This document shows, piece after piece, positions 1 through 9,467 of a DNA stretch of 64,000 nucleotides. Source of the DNA: an uncultured Granulicella sp. (lineage in GTDB: Bacteria > Acidobacteriota > Terriglobia > Terriglobales > Acidobacteriaceae); NCBI GenBank assembly GCA_965198885.1, contig OZ240677.1, positions 2,538,085 through 2,602,084 of the forward strand. Direction: 5' to 3'. Below the pieces are notes generated by a model. The model was given only the letters and a program-made list of their open reading frames with translations. It was not told the DNA's origin and made no database searches. Position numbers and translations under genes: made by a program. Position 1 is the first letter of the stretch, and each line of letters starts with the position of its first letter.

Positions 1-6
1 CTGTGT

Positions 7-2235
7 GTGGGGTCTGCGGGGGCTCGTCCGGTGCGAGGGATGAGTGCGTGGGATGTGGCGGTGAGGGATCGGGCGGGGTTTGAGGCGGAGATCGCGGGGA
101 CACACACGCCGGCGGAGTACACCAGCGTGTTGGATGAGTTTCGGGCGATTTATCACGGGAATCCGGCGGATATGCACGCGGCGGTGGCGGTCGAGGCGGT
201 CGCGGAACTGCTGGCGGAACAGGGGCGGGAATTTGGGGATGCGGGGAGCCTGAAGGCGGCGGTGGGACAGTACGAGTTTCTCAGGAAGGAGTATCCGGGG
301 AGTGCGGCTGCTTTCGGAGCAAAGGAGAGGATTGCGGGGCTGAAACGGGAACGGGTTGGAGTTGGGGTTCCCAATAATCCTACGCCACCGAGCAAAGAAC
401 GCTCCGCGGAGACCCCGGCTCACGATGATGCCGTGATGAATGGGGCACGGAAGATGGATGGGTTGGGGGAGGGAAAGGCAGCAACAGATGGAGTGGTTGT
501 GGGGGCTAGTCCCATACTGTCGGTTCCGGAGCGTGGAGGTGATGCTGTCGCGGCTCCGGTGGAGGCGGCCACGGTGAAGGCGGGGCGGAGCGGGCGGTTG
601 GCTTCGGTGACGGGGATCCGGCATTGGTCGACGGCGACGTATACGCGGGTGGCGATCGATCTGGGGGATGAGGTGACGTTCGAGGCGGCGCGAGTGCCGC
701 ACCCGGATCGGATCTACTTCGACCTGCATGGGGCGCGGCTGGCGCAGGAGCTCGTGGGGAAGAGCTTCGATGTGACGGATGATGGATTTCTGAAGCGGAT
801 CAGGGCGGCGCAGTTTTCGGGCGATATGACTCGGGTGGTGCTGGATGTGAGCGATGTGAGTGAATATTCAGCGTTTCTGCTGCCGAATCCTTATCGGTTG
901 ATCATCGACGTGCATGGGGGCAAGAAGAGCGCGGGAGCGGCGCAGGATGTGGCGGCGGTGAAGGCTCCGGTGGATGAGGTAGCGGAAGCTCCGGTGGCTC
1001 CGGCGGCCGTGGTGAAGGCGAGTGCGGCGGCGAATAGCTCGGGGCTGCCGGCTACGGCGCCGACGTTGCTGGCGGCGAATGAAGGAGCGCCAGTGGGAAC
1101 TGGTGGGGCTGGCAAGGAGTCCGGTCGAGCTTCGCTCGATACCCCACCCTATCCGGTGAAGCCGGAAAGGATGGGGCACCCGGATGCGTCGATTGCGAAG
1201 AGCGTGCCGGGGCCGCGGACAGGGACGGTGGCGAAGTCGACGGTGGCGAGGCCGGTGCCGAATACAGTGGCGGTCAAGGCTCCGGAGACGGCTACGGAGG
1301 TGGCGGCGGTGAGTGCGGCGCCGGGGAAGGTGGAGGCGACGAGGGAGGCTTCAACGAAGCCCATTGCCGCGACTGTGGCTGGGAGCGGAGTGAAAGATGT
1401 CTACCTGGGGAGTGCGGCGCGGCGGGGTAAGACTTCGAATCCGGGGAATGACAGCGCTCCGGCCAAGGCGGCGGCGAAGACGGCGGACGGGGAGACGAGC
1501 CTAGTAAGGGCGCTGGGGTTGAAGATTGGGCGAATCGTGATCGATGCGGGGCATGGAGGGCATGACTCGGGGACTCTGGGGGTGGACGGGATCGAGGAGA
1601 AGGACGTGGTGCTGGATGTGGCGCTGAGACTAGGTAAGCTGCTGCATGAACGGCTGGGGGCGGAGATCATCTACACGCGGAGCGACGATACGTTTATTCC
1701 GCTGGAGACGCGCACGGCGATTGCGAACAAGGCGCAGGCGGATCTGTTTCTGTCGATTCACGCGAACAGCTCCGAGGATGCGACGGCTCGGGGGGTGGAG
1801 ACGTATTACCTCAACTTTACGAGCGATCCGACGGCGTTGGATGTCGCGGCGAGGGAGAATGCGGTGAGTGGGTCGTCCATTCATCAACTGAGCGACCTGG
1901 TGAAGAAGATCACGCTCAAGGACAAGATTGCGGAGAGCCGGGAGTTTGCGGTGGATGTGGAGGGATCGCTGTATGGGGGTTTGCGGCGGGGGAATGAGGG
2001 GCTGAAGGATCGGGGGGTGAAGAAAGCTCCGTTTGTGGTGCTGATCGGGGCGAATATGCCTTCGATTCTGGCGGAGATCTCGTTTGTGACGAATCCGAAG
2101 GATGCGGAGGAGTTGCGGCGGCCGGAGTATCGGGAACGCGTGGCGGAGAGCCTGTTTGCAGGGGTGGCGAAGTACGAGAGTGGGCTTGGCGGGGTCAAGG
2201 CTCCGGCACCCATTGTGAGAGCCGCCGGCGAGTAG
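7..2235 (+). CDS. N-acetylmuramoyl-L-alanine amidase (AMIN domain, long Ala/Pro linker, Amidase_3); frame open to window edge so probably 5'-partial
   Basis: AMIN-like segment IRHWSTATYTRVAIDL; Zn-amidase motifs IVIDAGHGGHDSG, EEKDVVLDVA, SIHANS, LAEISFVTN. Confidence 0.92.
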   Translation: MGSAGARPVRGMSAWDVAVRDRAGFEAEIAGTHTPAEYTSVLDEFRAIYHGNPADMHAAVAVEAVAELLAEQGREFGDAGSLKAAVGQYEFLRKEYPGSAAAFGAKERIAGLKRERVGVGVPNNPTPPSKERSAETPAHDDAVMNGARKMDGLGEGKAATDGVVVGASPILSVPERGGDAVAAPVEAATVKAGRSGRLASVTGIRHWSTATYTRVAIDLGDEVTFEAARVPHPDRIYFDLHGARLAQELVGKSFDVTDDGFLKRIRAAQFSGDMTRVVLDVSDVSEYSAFLLPNPYRLIIDVHGGKKSAGAAQDVAAVKAPVDEVAEAPVAPAAVVKASAAANSSGLPATAPTLLAANEGAPVGTGGAGKESGRASLDTPPYPVKPERMGHPDASIAKSVPGPRTGTVAKSTVARPVPNTVAVKAPETATEVAAVSAAPGKVEATREASTKPIAATVAGSGVKDVYLGSAARRGKTSNPGNDSAPAKAAAKTADGETSLVRALGLKIGRIVIDAGHGGHDSGTLGVDGIEEKDVVLDVALRLGKLLHERLGAEIIYTRSDDTFIPLETRTAIANKAQADLFLSIHANSSEDATARGVETYYLNFTSDPTALDVAARENAVSGSSIHQLSDLVKKITLKDKIAESREFAVDVEGSLYGGLRRGNEGLKDRGVKKAPFVVLIGANMPSILAEISFVTNPKDAEELRRPEYRERVAESLFAGVAKYESGLGGVKAPAPIVRAAGE

Positions 2236-2326
2236 CACTTCGGTGAGCGGGACAGGATAAAAGGCGGTCGATCGCAGGGATGGCGTGGTGCTTACTTGTG
2301 GGGCGCAGTGATAGTCTCATGCTTCT

Positions 2327-3544
2327 ATGAGGTTATTTTCGGGGGGACTGCGCGTGGTGCTGGTGTTGCTTGGAGCGAGTGTGGGTGCGGGTGCGCAGAA
2401 GCCGGCGGTGACCGTGCTGGTGGAGCCTCCTACGCCGCTGCTCGCGGGTAAGACGGGTGGGCTGACGCTGGGGCAGAGCGCGGCGGGGAGTACGGCGGCG
2501 GGATTCGATGAGAAGACGTGTGCGCCAGTGGCTGCGGCGGGCGGGGGAACATGCGCGGCGGTGCTGAAGGAGAATGGGCTGACCCGGTATGCGGCGGGGA
2601 CGTATGCACGGGCGGCAGGGGTTCCGGTGCCGGTGTTTGCGTTTGAGTTTGGGGATGCTACGGGGGCTTATAGCGCCTACACGTTTTACCGGGCGCTGGA
2701 GCATGGGGCTCGGGTGACGGGGGGGGATGCGAAGTCGGGGAAGGCAAGCGAGACGACGATGGATGCGGATGGGGCGCTGGTCTGGGCGGGCACGGCGATG
2801 CTGCGGGTGCAGGGGAAGACGTCGGCTGGGGAGCTTGCGGCTTTAACAGCGATGCTGCCGAAGGTCGGCGGCCGGCGTGGACTTGCGCCGCTGCTGCCGA
2901 CGTATCTGCCGGCGAAGGGGATCGAGCCCGGAACGGAGCGGTATGCGCTGGGTCCGGTGAGCTACAAGGCAATGGGCGGAATGCTTCCGGCGGACCTGCT
3001 GGATTGGGATAAGAGTGCGGAGGTCGCGACGGCGGAGTATGCCGGGCGCGGCGGTAAGGGTGCGGTGACGCTGATGCTGTATCCGACGCCGCAGATTGCA
3101 GGGGATCGGGGGCGGGCGCTGGAGAAGTATGTGAACAGCGTGGGCGTGGGGCAGTTCGGGACGTTGAAGATGCGGCGGGTGGGTCCGATGCTCGGGATGA
3201 CGACGGGAGCGCTGGGGGCGGAGCAGGCGACCGAGTTCATTGCGGGGCTGCATTTGAACCAGGATCTGAGCTTCGACAAGCCGATGCCGCTGGAGTTTCA
3301 TGCGGAGGTCAAGAAGACGGCTACGCTGCTGCAGAGCATTGCGGCGTTTTGTGGGATAGGCGTGGTGGCGGCGCTCGTGCTGGGAACATTTCTGGGTGGG
3401 GCTCGGGCGGGCATACGGGTGCTGCAGGGGAAACCGGCGGCCAGTGAGCCGGAGTTTCTGACGATTAATCTGCGCAGCGATCAGCGTGGATTGTTTGCGC
3501 CGGGAGAGAAGACGGGCGACAGGGGTGTGAGCGGACTGCACTAG
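2327..3544 (+). CDS. Conserved exported/membrane hypothetical protein (DUF6599-like, acidobacterial)
   Basis: 405 aa ORF with signal peptide (LVLLGASVGAGAQ), C-terminal TM helix (FCGIGVVAALVLGTFLGG) and host-like codon usage; family call from memory. Confidence 0.7.
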   Translation: MRLFSGGLRVVLVLLGASVGAGAQKPAVTVLVEPPTPLLAGKTGGLTLGQSAAGSTAAGFDEKTCAPVAAAGGGTCAAVLKENGLTRYAAGTYARAAGVPVPVFAFEFGDATGAYSAYTFYRALEHGARVTGGDAKSGKASETTMDADGALVWAGTAMLRVQGKTSAGELAALTAMLPKVGGRRGLAPLLPTYLPAKGIEPGTERYALGPVSYKAMGGMLPADLLDWDKSAEVATAEYAGRGGKGAVTLMLYPTPQIAGDRGRALEKYVNSVGVGQFGTLKMRRVGPMLGMTTGALGAEQATEFIAGLHLNQDLSFDKPMPLEFHAEVKKTATLLQSIAAFCGIGVVAALVLGTFLGGARAGIRVLQGKPAASEPEFLTINLRSDQRGLFAPGEKTGDRGVSGLH

Positions 3545-3707
3545 GATTGAGGCAAGAGGGGAAGTAAGCGCTACATTCGAGACGGCTTTGCTTTGCTTGA
3601 ATTCCGGTGTTAGGAGAAGGAAAAGCGAAGCAGGTTTACCCTTCGGCCAACTTTCGGCGGATCTAACTTGTCGTGAATGAACAAGTTGCAACGAAGCTGA
3701 ATAGAGC

Positions 3708-3736
3708 TTGACACGGGTTTTTGGCGCTTCTAGTAT
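3708..3736 (+). promoter_or_regulatory. Sigma70-type promoter (TTGACA-17 bp-TAGTAT)
   Basis: TTGACA at 3708-3713, 17 nt spacer, TAGTAT at 3731-3736. Confidence 0.75.
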
Positions 3737-3788
3737 TTCGCCAGAAAGTTCCGATGGCTTTGCCTCCGTTGGAGCTATTCTCCCTAAG

Positions 3789-3829
3789 GAAGAGGCTGCC
3801 CTGTTGCCGGGCGGCCTCTTCGTCGTTTT
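3789..3829 (+). terminator. Putative intrinsic terminator
   Basis: 13 bp stem GAAGAGGCTGCCC (3789-3801) / GGGCGGCCTCTTC (3809-3821) with one G-U pair and a 7 nt loop, followed by GTCGTTTT. Confidence 0.65.
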
Positions 3830-3839
3830 GGTGCGCTTT

Positions 3840-3868
3840 TTGCGGGATCGGCGATGTGGCGATAGAAT
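3840..3868 (+). promoter_or_regulatory. Sigma70-type promoter of tRNA-Thr (TTGCGG-17 bp-TAGAAT)
   Basis: TTGCGG at 3840-3845, 17 nt spacer, TAGAAT at 3863-3868, 11 nt before the tRNA 5' end. Confidence 0.65.
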
Positions 3869-3879
3869 GACTGAGGTAC

Positions 3880-3955
<76 letters not shown>

Positions 3956-4547
3956 TAGATCCATCACTTCGAGCCTGCTTCACTGCGCAGCCTGGGTTGT
4001 GCGACAGAAAGTGTGACCATTCGCGGTGGTTTGCACTTTTTCTTTGTGCGTTGCGTTCATCGATGACGCCGGCGACTCTGCTGGTGCCTGGGTTTTGATA
4101 GTGAGCCGAGCTCTTGATGTCGACGTGGCCCAAAGTCTGGGTTGTCAGTTTTTGAGTCCCTGTCGCATCCTTGAGGTCAGTGCCAGATTTTTGGCGCGTC
4201 GCATATAGCACCAGGTCACTTGGCAGCTCCGCAGCTGCTCGATGCACTCATCGCGGTTGGGCGCGGTCAAGTTCAACCTGCTCGGTTTGGATCCACTCCA
4301 TGGGTCGATCAAGAATCGTTTGAACCTTCAATGAGTTACAGAAGAAGGAGTGACTCTTCGCCCAATTGCCGACGTAGATTGGACCGTGGACACTGAGCAA
4401 GATCTCTGACTCTTTCGAGGGCACCCTTGCGAATGGGAAGCGTCCTCTCCGAGGAGCGAAGAAGAATATGGCTCAGATGACTACTAGCCATGCTCGAAAG
4501 GGAAGGGTCAGGTCGCAATCCAGCCTAGCAAGTATCCGTCCAGACAG

Positions 4548-5948
4548 TTACATATTGGCAATCATTCGGGAGGCAAATTCGCTTGTTGCGACTCGAGTCG
4601 CACCCTGCATCTGACGCTCGAAATCGTAAGTGACGAATTTCTGCTGGATCGTCATTTCCATCGAGGATTCAATCAGACGGGCCGCCTCCGGCCACCCTAT
4701 GAAGTGGAAGAGCATGACCCCTGAGAGGATGACAGACCCCGGGTTGATCACGTCCTTATCGGCATACTTTGGGGCGGTGCCGTGTGTTGCTTCGAAGACA
4801 GCATAACCGTCTCCTATGTTCCCACCAGGAGCTATCCCTAGTCCTCCAACCTGTGCAGCGGCGGCGTCTGAAAGGTAGTCCCCATTCAGGTTTGTGGTGG
4901 CGAGCACGTCGTAATCGGATGGTCGAATAATAATCTGCTGAAAGATGGAATCTGCGATGCGGTCGTTAATCAAGAGTTTGTTCTTCCATTGGTTATTGCC
5001 GTGAGTTTCTCCAATTTGGGCTATCACGGACTCGACCTCCTTAACGATTGAGTCACCAAACTCTGTCGGAGCAAATTCTATGCCGGGCTCGATCATGGCT
5101 GCATTTTCACGGGCAGTGATTCCGGGGGACTTTTCCATGTTGTCCAAAATCCAGCTTTCTCGCTCTGTAATGGTCTCGGAACGAAACTCGTCGGTCGCCA
5201 CTTCATAACCCCATTCGCGAAATGCGCCTTCGGTGAACTTTTGGATATTGCCTTTATGAACGAGCGTAACGACTCTGCGACCCTCCTTTCTTGCATACTG
5301 AATGGCCGCTCGGACAAGGCGCTTTGAAGCAGTGATGGAGATGGGTTTCACTCCGACACCAGAGTCAAGGCGAATCTTCTTCTTCGTATCTTTCAGCATG
5401 TCATCGTTCAGAAAAGAGATGAACTTGGCTGCTTCCTTCGTGCCCTCTCGAAACTCGATGCCTGCATAGATGTCTTCCGTATTTTCTCGGAAGAGGACTA
5501 TGTCAAGCTTTTCCGGTTGTTTCACCGGACTAGGCACCCCGGCGTAGTACTTGACCGGTCTTACGCACTGGTAGAGATCCATCTTTTGACGCAATGCAAC
5601 GTTCAGGGAGCGGATACCACCTCCGACCGGTGTCGTGAGCGGTCCCTTGATGGAAACCCGGAAGTCCATCGCAGCTCTAACCGTGTCTTCAGGGAGCCAT
5701 TCCTGCGTCCTGCGATACGACTTCTCTCCCGCAAGTATCTCGTACCATTCAACGGCCCGGTTCCCGCCGTAGGATTTTTCGACAGCTGCATCAAACACCC
5801 GCCGAGAGGCGCGCCAAATATCGCGCCCGATTCCATCACCTTCAATGTATGGAATGATCGGCCGATCAGGGACGTTGTACTTGCCCTCACGGTATTCGAT
5901 CCGATGACCATTTGCGGGAATTGAGATGCCGTTGTAGCTCGTCTGCAT
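4548..5948 (-). CDS. icd: NADP-dependent isocitrate dehydrogenase (homodimeric type)
   Basis: [63 protein letters not shown]. Confidence 0.96.
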   Translation of the reverse strand: MQTSYNGISIPANGHRIEYREGKYNVPDRPIIPYIEGDGIGRDIWRASRRVFDAAVEKSYGGNRAVEWYEILAGEKSYRRTQEWLPEDTVRAAMDFRVSIKGPLTTPVGGGIRSLNVALRQKMDLYQCVRPVKYYAGVPSPVKQPEKLDIVLFRENTEDIYAGIEFREGTKEAAKFISFLNDDMLKDTKKKIRLDSGVGVKPISITASKRLVRAAIQYARKEGRRVVTLVHKGNIQKFTEGAFREWGYEVATDEFRSETITERESWILDNMEKSPGITARENAAMIEPGIEFAPTEFGDSIVKEVESVIAQIGETHGNNQWKNKLLINDRIADSIFQQIIIRPSDYDVLATTNLNGDYLSDAAAAQVGGLGIAPGGNIGDGYAVFEATHGTAPKYADKDVINPGSVILSGVMLFHFIGWPEAARLIESSMEMTIQQKFVTYDFERQMQGATRVATSEFASRMIANM

Positions 5949-6085
5949 AGTGAAAACTCCAGGACCTCATTGTCGTCGCCGAAGAGTAGCACCCGTAAAG
6001 AAGGATGAGCAAGACAAATTTACCGATCGTTCACTAAAGCGTTTACGATCTGCTAAAATCCAACGCCAGCTACAAGAGGAGACCT

Positions 6086-6394
6086 ATGACGCAGCTTGAC
6101 TTGAACGAGATCGTAGACCTCGCGATGAAGGATCCGCGCATTTCTGGTTGCATCGTCAGCAATCTTCACGGAGATCAGTCAGCTGAACGTCACCGTGGAC
6201 AAGAGACGCTAAGTCTTAGCTGGTATGATCGCGGCGACTGTAGAAGATGCACGATTGTTGCAGAAGAGAGCTCTGCGAAGATGGTTGCTCAAGTTGATCT
6301 CGGCGAAAACGCAACGCTCCGAGTGGACGCCTTTCGACCTTGCCGCATCACCGTAGCACATGAAGAGGGCTTTCTGTCCCTTGTCCTGCTGTAG
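6086..6394 (+). CDS. Hypothetical protein, 102 aa
   Basis: GAGGAG RBS just before ATG; globular-looking composition; no recognised motif. Confidence 0.55.
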   Translation: MTQLDLNEIVDLAMKDPRISGCIVSNLHGDQSAERHRGQETLSLSWYDRGDCRRCTIVAEESSAKMVAQVDLGENATLRVDAFRPCRITVAHEEGFLSLVLL

Positions 6395-6837
6395 CTTACC
6401 CGGGCTTCTTTGCTGAGGTTGAGCAGAAGCTTATTCGGCAGAGATTACGACCTGCCTACGTCTTCTTGCGATTCGCTTCTGCAACTTCGGATTGGGTGAG
6501 CAGCTACGATGCCGCTACTCCTCGGCAGATGGACATCTCTAACCACCTCGCCTGAGCGAGTTCGAATCAAGAGCCGGATTCAGTTCGTGCTCAAATGCTC
6601 AAATCCATGAGCACACAGAACTTCGTGATAGGTCGTCGCCTGACGATACACACATCATCGCCCTTCTCACTGCGTCTGTTTCTGGTTGAGAGACAGAGTC
6701 TATAAGTTGGACCTAAGCCGACTGGACCGTGGGCTTTTCCGGGCGTAAGGCATGTCTCATGAAGAAGCGCTTCCCTGATGTGGGTAAGGTCTCAAGGCGC
6801 ACGGCTTGCCGGCAGAGGCAGAACCGTCCGTGACCCC

Positions 6838-7539
6838 TCAGGATGGGATCTTGCGCTTTCTCGTCTTGCTTGACTTGGGGCGCAGGCCACCCGTGAGAAT
6901 ATCCGTGAAGGCCTGCGCGATCTGGCTCGACGACAACTCTCCTGAAGGCTTGTACCAGGTTCCCGCCCAATTGATCGCGCCCGCTATGGCAAACGAAACG
7001 AGCTTTGGATTGCAGATAGCAATCGATCCGTCCAGTATGCCGTCTGCGACTAGACTCCGAACGGAGGCATCGATCTTGCGTTTCAGATCGCGCACACCAC
7101 GGCGTGTCTGAGCAGACAGTTCAGAGTCGTCAATCATCGCGACGCAACGCCCGAATTCATGCGTCAGCACCACCGTGGCGTACTCGTGGACATAGATTTT
7201 CAGTCGAGCCATAGCGGAACCAACGTCGGGGTTCAGCCGTCCCAAGCTCCCCTCGATTTCGGCAATGCCGCTGCGGTAACATTCCACTAGAATCTCTTCC
7301 TTGTTCCGGAAGTAATAGTAGAGCGCCGGTTTCGTGACTTTCAGCCGCGCCGCCAGAAGGCTCATCGAGGTCTTCTGGTAGCCGTGTTCAAGGAAAAGGT
7401 GGGCCGCCGTCTTCATAACGGCGTCCCGCTTGACTTCCATGCTGCGATGACGCACCTGAAAGGCCTTCCACGGCTCGTCTGCCTGTCTCTTCTCGGCATT
7501 CGGTTTGACTTTCTTCGAGGGCAAGGCACCGTCTCCCAT
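6838..7539 (-). CDS. TetR/AcrR family transcriptional regulator
   Basis: HTH AVMKTAAHLFLEHGYQKTSMSLLAARLKVTKPALYYYFRNKEEIL; C-terminal AIAGAINWAGTWYKPSG; divergent from the acyl-CoA dehydrogenase. Confidence 0.92.
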   Translation of the reverse strand: MGDGALPSKKVKPNAEKRQADEPWKAFQVRHRSMEVKRDAVMKTAAHLFLEHGYQKTSMSLLAARLKVTKPALYYYFRNKEEILVECYRSGIAEIEGSLGRLNPDVGSAMARLKIYVHEYATVVLTHEFGRCVAMIDDSELSAQTRRGVRDLKRKIDASVRSLVADGILDGSIAICNPKLVSFAIAGAINWAGTWYKPSGELSSSQIAQAFTDILTGGLRPKSSKTRKRKIPS

Positions 7540-7721
7540 TCTTGTTTGCGATCAGCCAAGGCACCGGTAGATCGGCGGCAGTTCGAGTCTCCGTCAATCC
7601 ATTGTCACCTTATTCATGCTTCAGCAGGGAATTTGACGATTCTGCAACCGAGGGGCTATCTATTTGAACGGCCGGTAGAATAGGATGATTGCGCATCTAG
7701 ATCATCACAAGGCGAAGTCAT

Positions 7722-8912
7722 ATGTTCGAAACAACAGAAACACTGCAGCGGCCCGACACAATCGACTACCGTTTTCCGCTCACCGTGCTGAGTGAAGATG
7801 AAATGCTTCTCCAGCAATCCGTGGCCAAGTTTGCGCGCAAAGAGATTGCGCCTCTGGCTCATGCGATGGATGAGGTGCAGAAGATGGATCCAGCGCTGAT
7901 TAAGAAACTATTCGATCAAGGATTGATGGGGATTGAGGTTCCCGTTGAATACGGCGGTAGCGGCGCATCTTTTTTCAGCTCGATTCTGGCTATTCAGGAG
8001 ATTTCCTCCGTTGATCCAGCAGTCGGCACCATGGTCGATGTACAAAACACATTGACGGTTAACGCACTGCTCTCCTACGGAAGTTCTGCGCAGAAAGATA
8101 AGTACCTTCCGCGAATCGTAACGGATCTCATTTGTTCGTATGCGCTGAGTGAGGCAGCCTCCGGCTCTGACGCTTTCGCTCTCAAGACGACAGCCCGAAA
8201 GGAAGGGAATGAGTACATTCTCAACGGCAGTAAGCTATGGATCTCAAATGCCGCAGAAGCCGGCCTCTTCATTGTCTTCACGACAGTTGACGCCTCCCTC
8301 GGCTACAAGGGGATCACGGCCTTCCTGGTTGAACGCGAAGCGGCCGGTTTCACAGTTGGTAAGAAGGAAGATAAGCTTGGCATCCGGGCCTCCTCGACGT
8401 GCGAACTGCGATTCACCGACTGCCGAGTCCCAGCTTCGGCCGTACTCGGCGAGGTGGGAAAAGGTTATAAGATTGCGATAGAAACCCTGAATGAAGGCCG
8501 CATCGGAATAGCCGCACAGATGCTTGGGCTGGCGATAGGAGCCTGGGGTCATGCGCTCAAATATACGAAAGAGCGGCGGCAGTTCGATAGGCCGATCGCG
8601 GAGTTCCAGGCGGTACAGTTTTCTCTCGCAAAGATGGCGACCGAGATTGAGGCGTGCAGGCTTATGGTCTATGACGCGGCTCGGCGCAAAGTTGCAGGGC
8701 TCCCCTTTGTGAAGGAAGCGGCCATGACCAAATACTTCGTTTCCCAGGTTGCAGAACACATAGCCAGCGAGTGCGTGGAGTTATTTGGCGGCTATGGGTT
8801 CGTGAAAGATTACCCCGTCGAAAAGCTTTATAGAGACGCCAAGATCGGACGCATCTACGAGGGAACGTCGAACATGCAGCTTGCGACGATCGCCAAGCAA
8901 ATCTTGGCGTGA
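7722..8912 (+). CDS. Short/branched-chain acyl-CoA dehydrogenase (ACADSB-like)
   Basis: LMGIEVPVEYGGSG, YALSEAASGSDAFAL, KLGIRASSTCEL, LNEGRIGIAAQMLG, catalytic RDAKIGRIYEGTSNMQ. Confidence 0.93.
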   Translation: MFETTETLQRPDTIDYRFPLTVLSEDEMLLQQSVAKFARKEIAPLAHAMDEVQKMDPALIKKLFDQGLMGIEVPVEYGGSGASFFSSILAIQEISSVDPAVGTMVDVQNTLTVNALLSYGSSAQKDKYLPRIVTDLICSYALSEAASGSDAFALKTTARKEGNEYILNGSKLWISNAAEAGLFIVFTTVDASLGYKGITAFLVEREAAGFTVGKKEDKLGIRASSTCELRFTDCRVPASAVLGEVGKGYKIAIETLNEGRIGIAAQMLGLAIGAWGHALKYTKERRQFDRPIAEFQAVQFSLAKMATEIEACRLMVYDAARRKVAGLPFVKEAAMTKYFVSQVAEHIASECVELFGGYGFVKDYPVEKLYRDAKIGRIYEGTSNMQLATIAKQILA

Positions 8913-9001
8913 TGAAAGCTCTCACACTCTCAAGAAGCTACCTTCTTAACGTAGGTCTCTCAGATTGTCCTGCTGAAGCTGTAGTGTCACAAGGTTAGGA
9001 G

Positions 9002-9427
9002 ATGCGAATGATCGTAAGTAAGAGATATCGGCTGTCCCTTCTGCTTAGTCTTTTCGTCGCTTGCACGTTCTTGGTGTGGCCAAACTCAGCCGCTGCCCAG
9101 TGCAAAGACAGCGATCCTGTTGGGTCATACACCGGTTCTGCAACCAGTACTCAGGCGGGCGTCCTCGACATCACACTTAACCTCAAGTGCGAAAAAGGTG
9201 ACTATGCTGGATCCATGAACACGTCGGTCGGTACGTACACGATCGTTTCCGGATCCTTTCAAGCAGGCATCTTGAAGTTGGATCTTGTTTATGCTGGGAA
9301 TCACATCGCGGTCGAGCTGAAACGGAGCGGCGACGAGTTTGAGGGAACATTTAGCTCAGCAGACGATTCCGGACCGGTCAAGCTGCATCGGAGCGGCGCT
9401 GCGACGCAGAGTCCCAAACAGAAGTGA
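9002..9427 (+). CDS. Secreted hypothetical protein
   Basis: Signal peptide ending SAAAQ; beta-rich, Gly-periodic mature region with two Cys. Confidence 0.65.
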   Translation: MRMIVSKRYRLSLLLSLFVACTFLVWPNSAAAQCKDSDPVGSYTGSATSTQAGVLDITLNLKCEKGDYAGSMNTSVGTYTIVSGSFQAGILKLDLVYAGNHIAVELKRSGDEFEGTFSSADDSGPVKLHRSGAATQSPKQK

Positions 9428-9467
9428 TTCTTCGCCGACGATTCAAAGCTGAAGCAGGGAAGGAAAA

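Noticed and set aside
3956-4547. Short ORFs just downstream of the tRNA (3918-4247, 4026-4208, 4336-4518) as an integrase remnant
   Set aside because: No recombinase motifs and no convincing RBS; left as unexplained spacer
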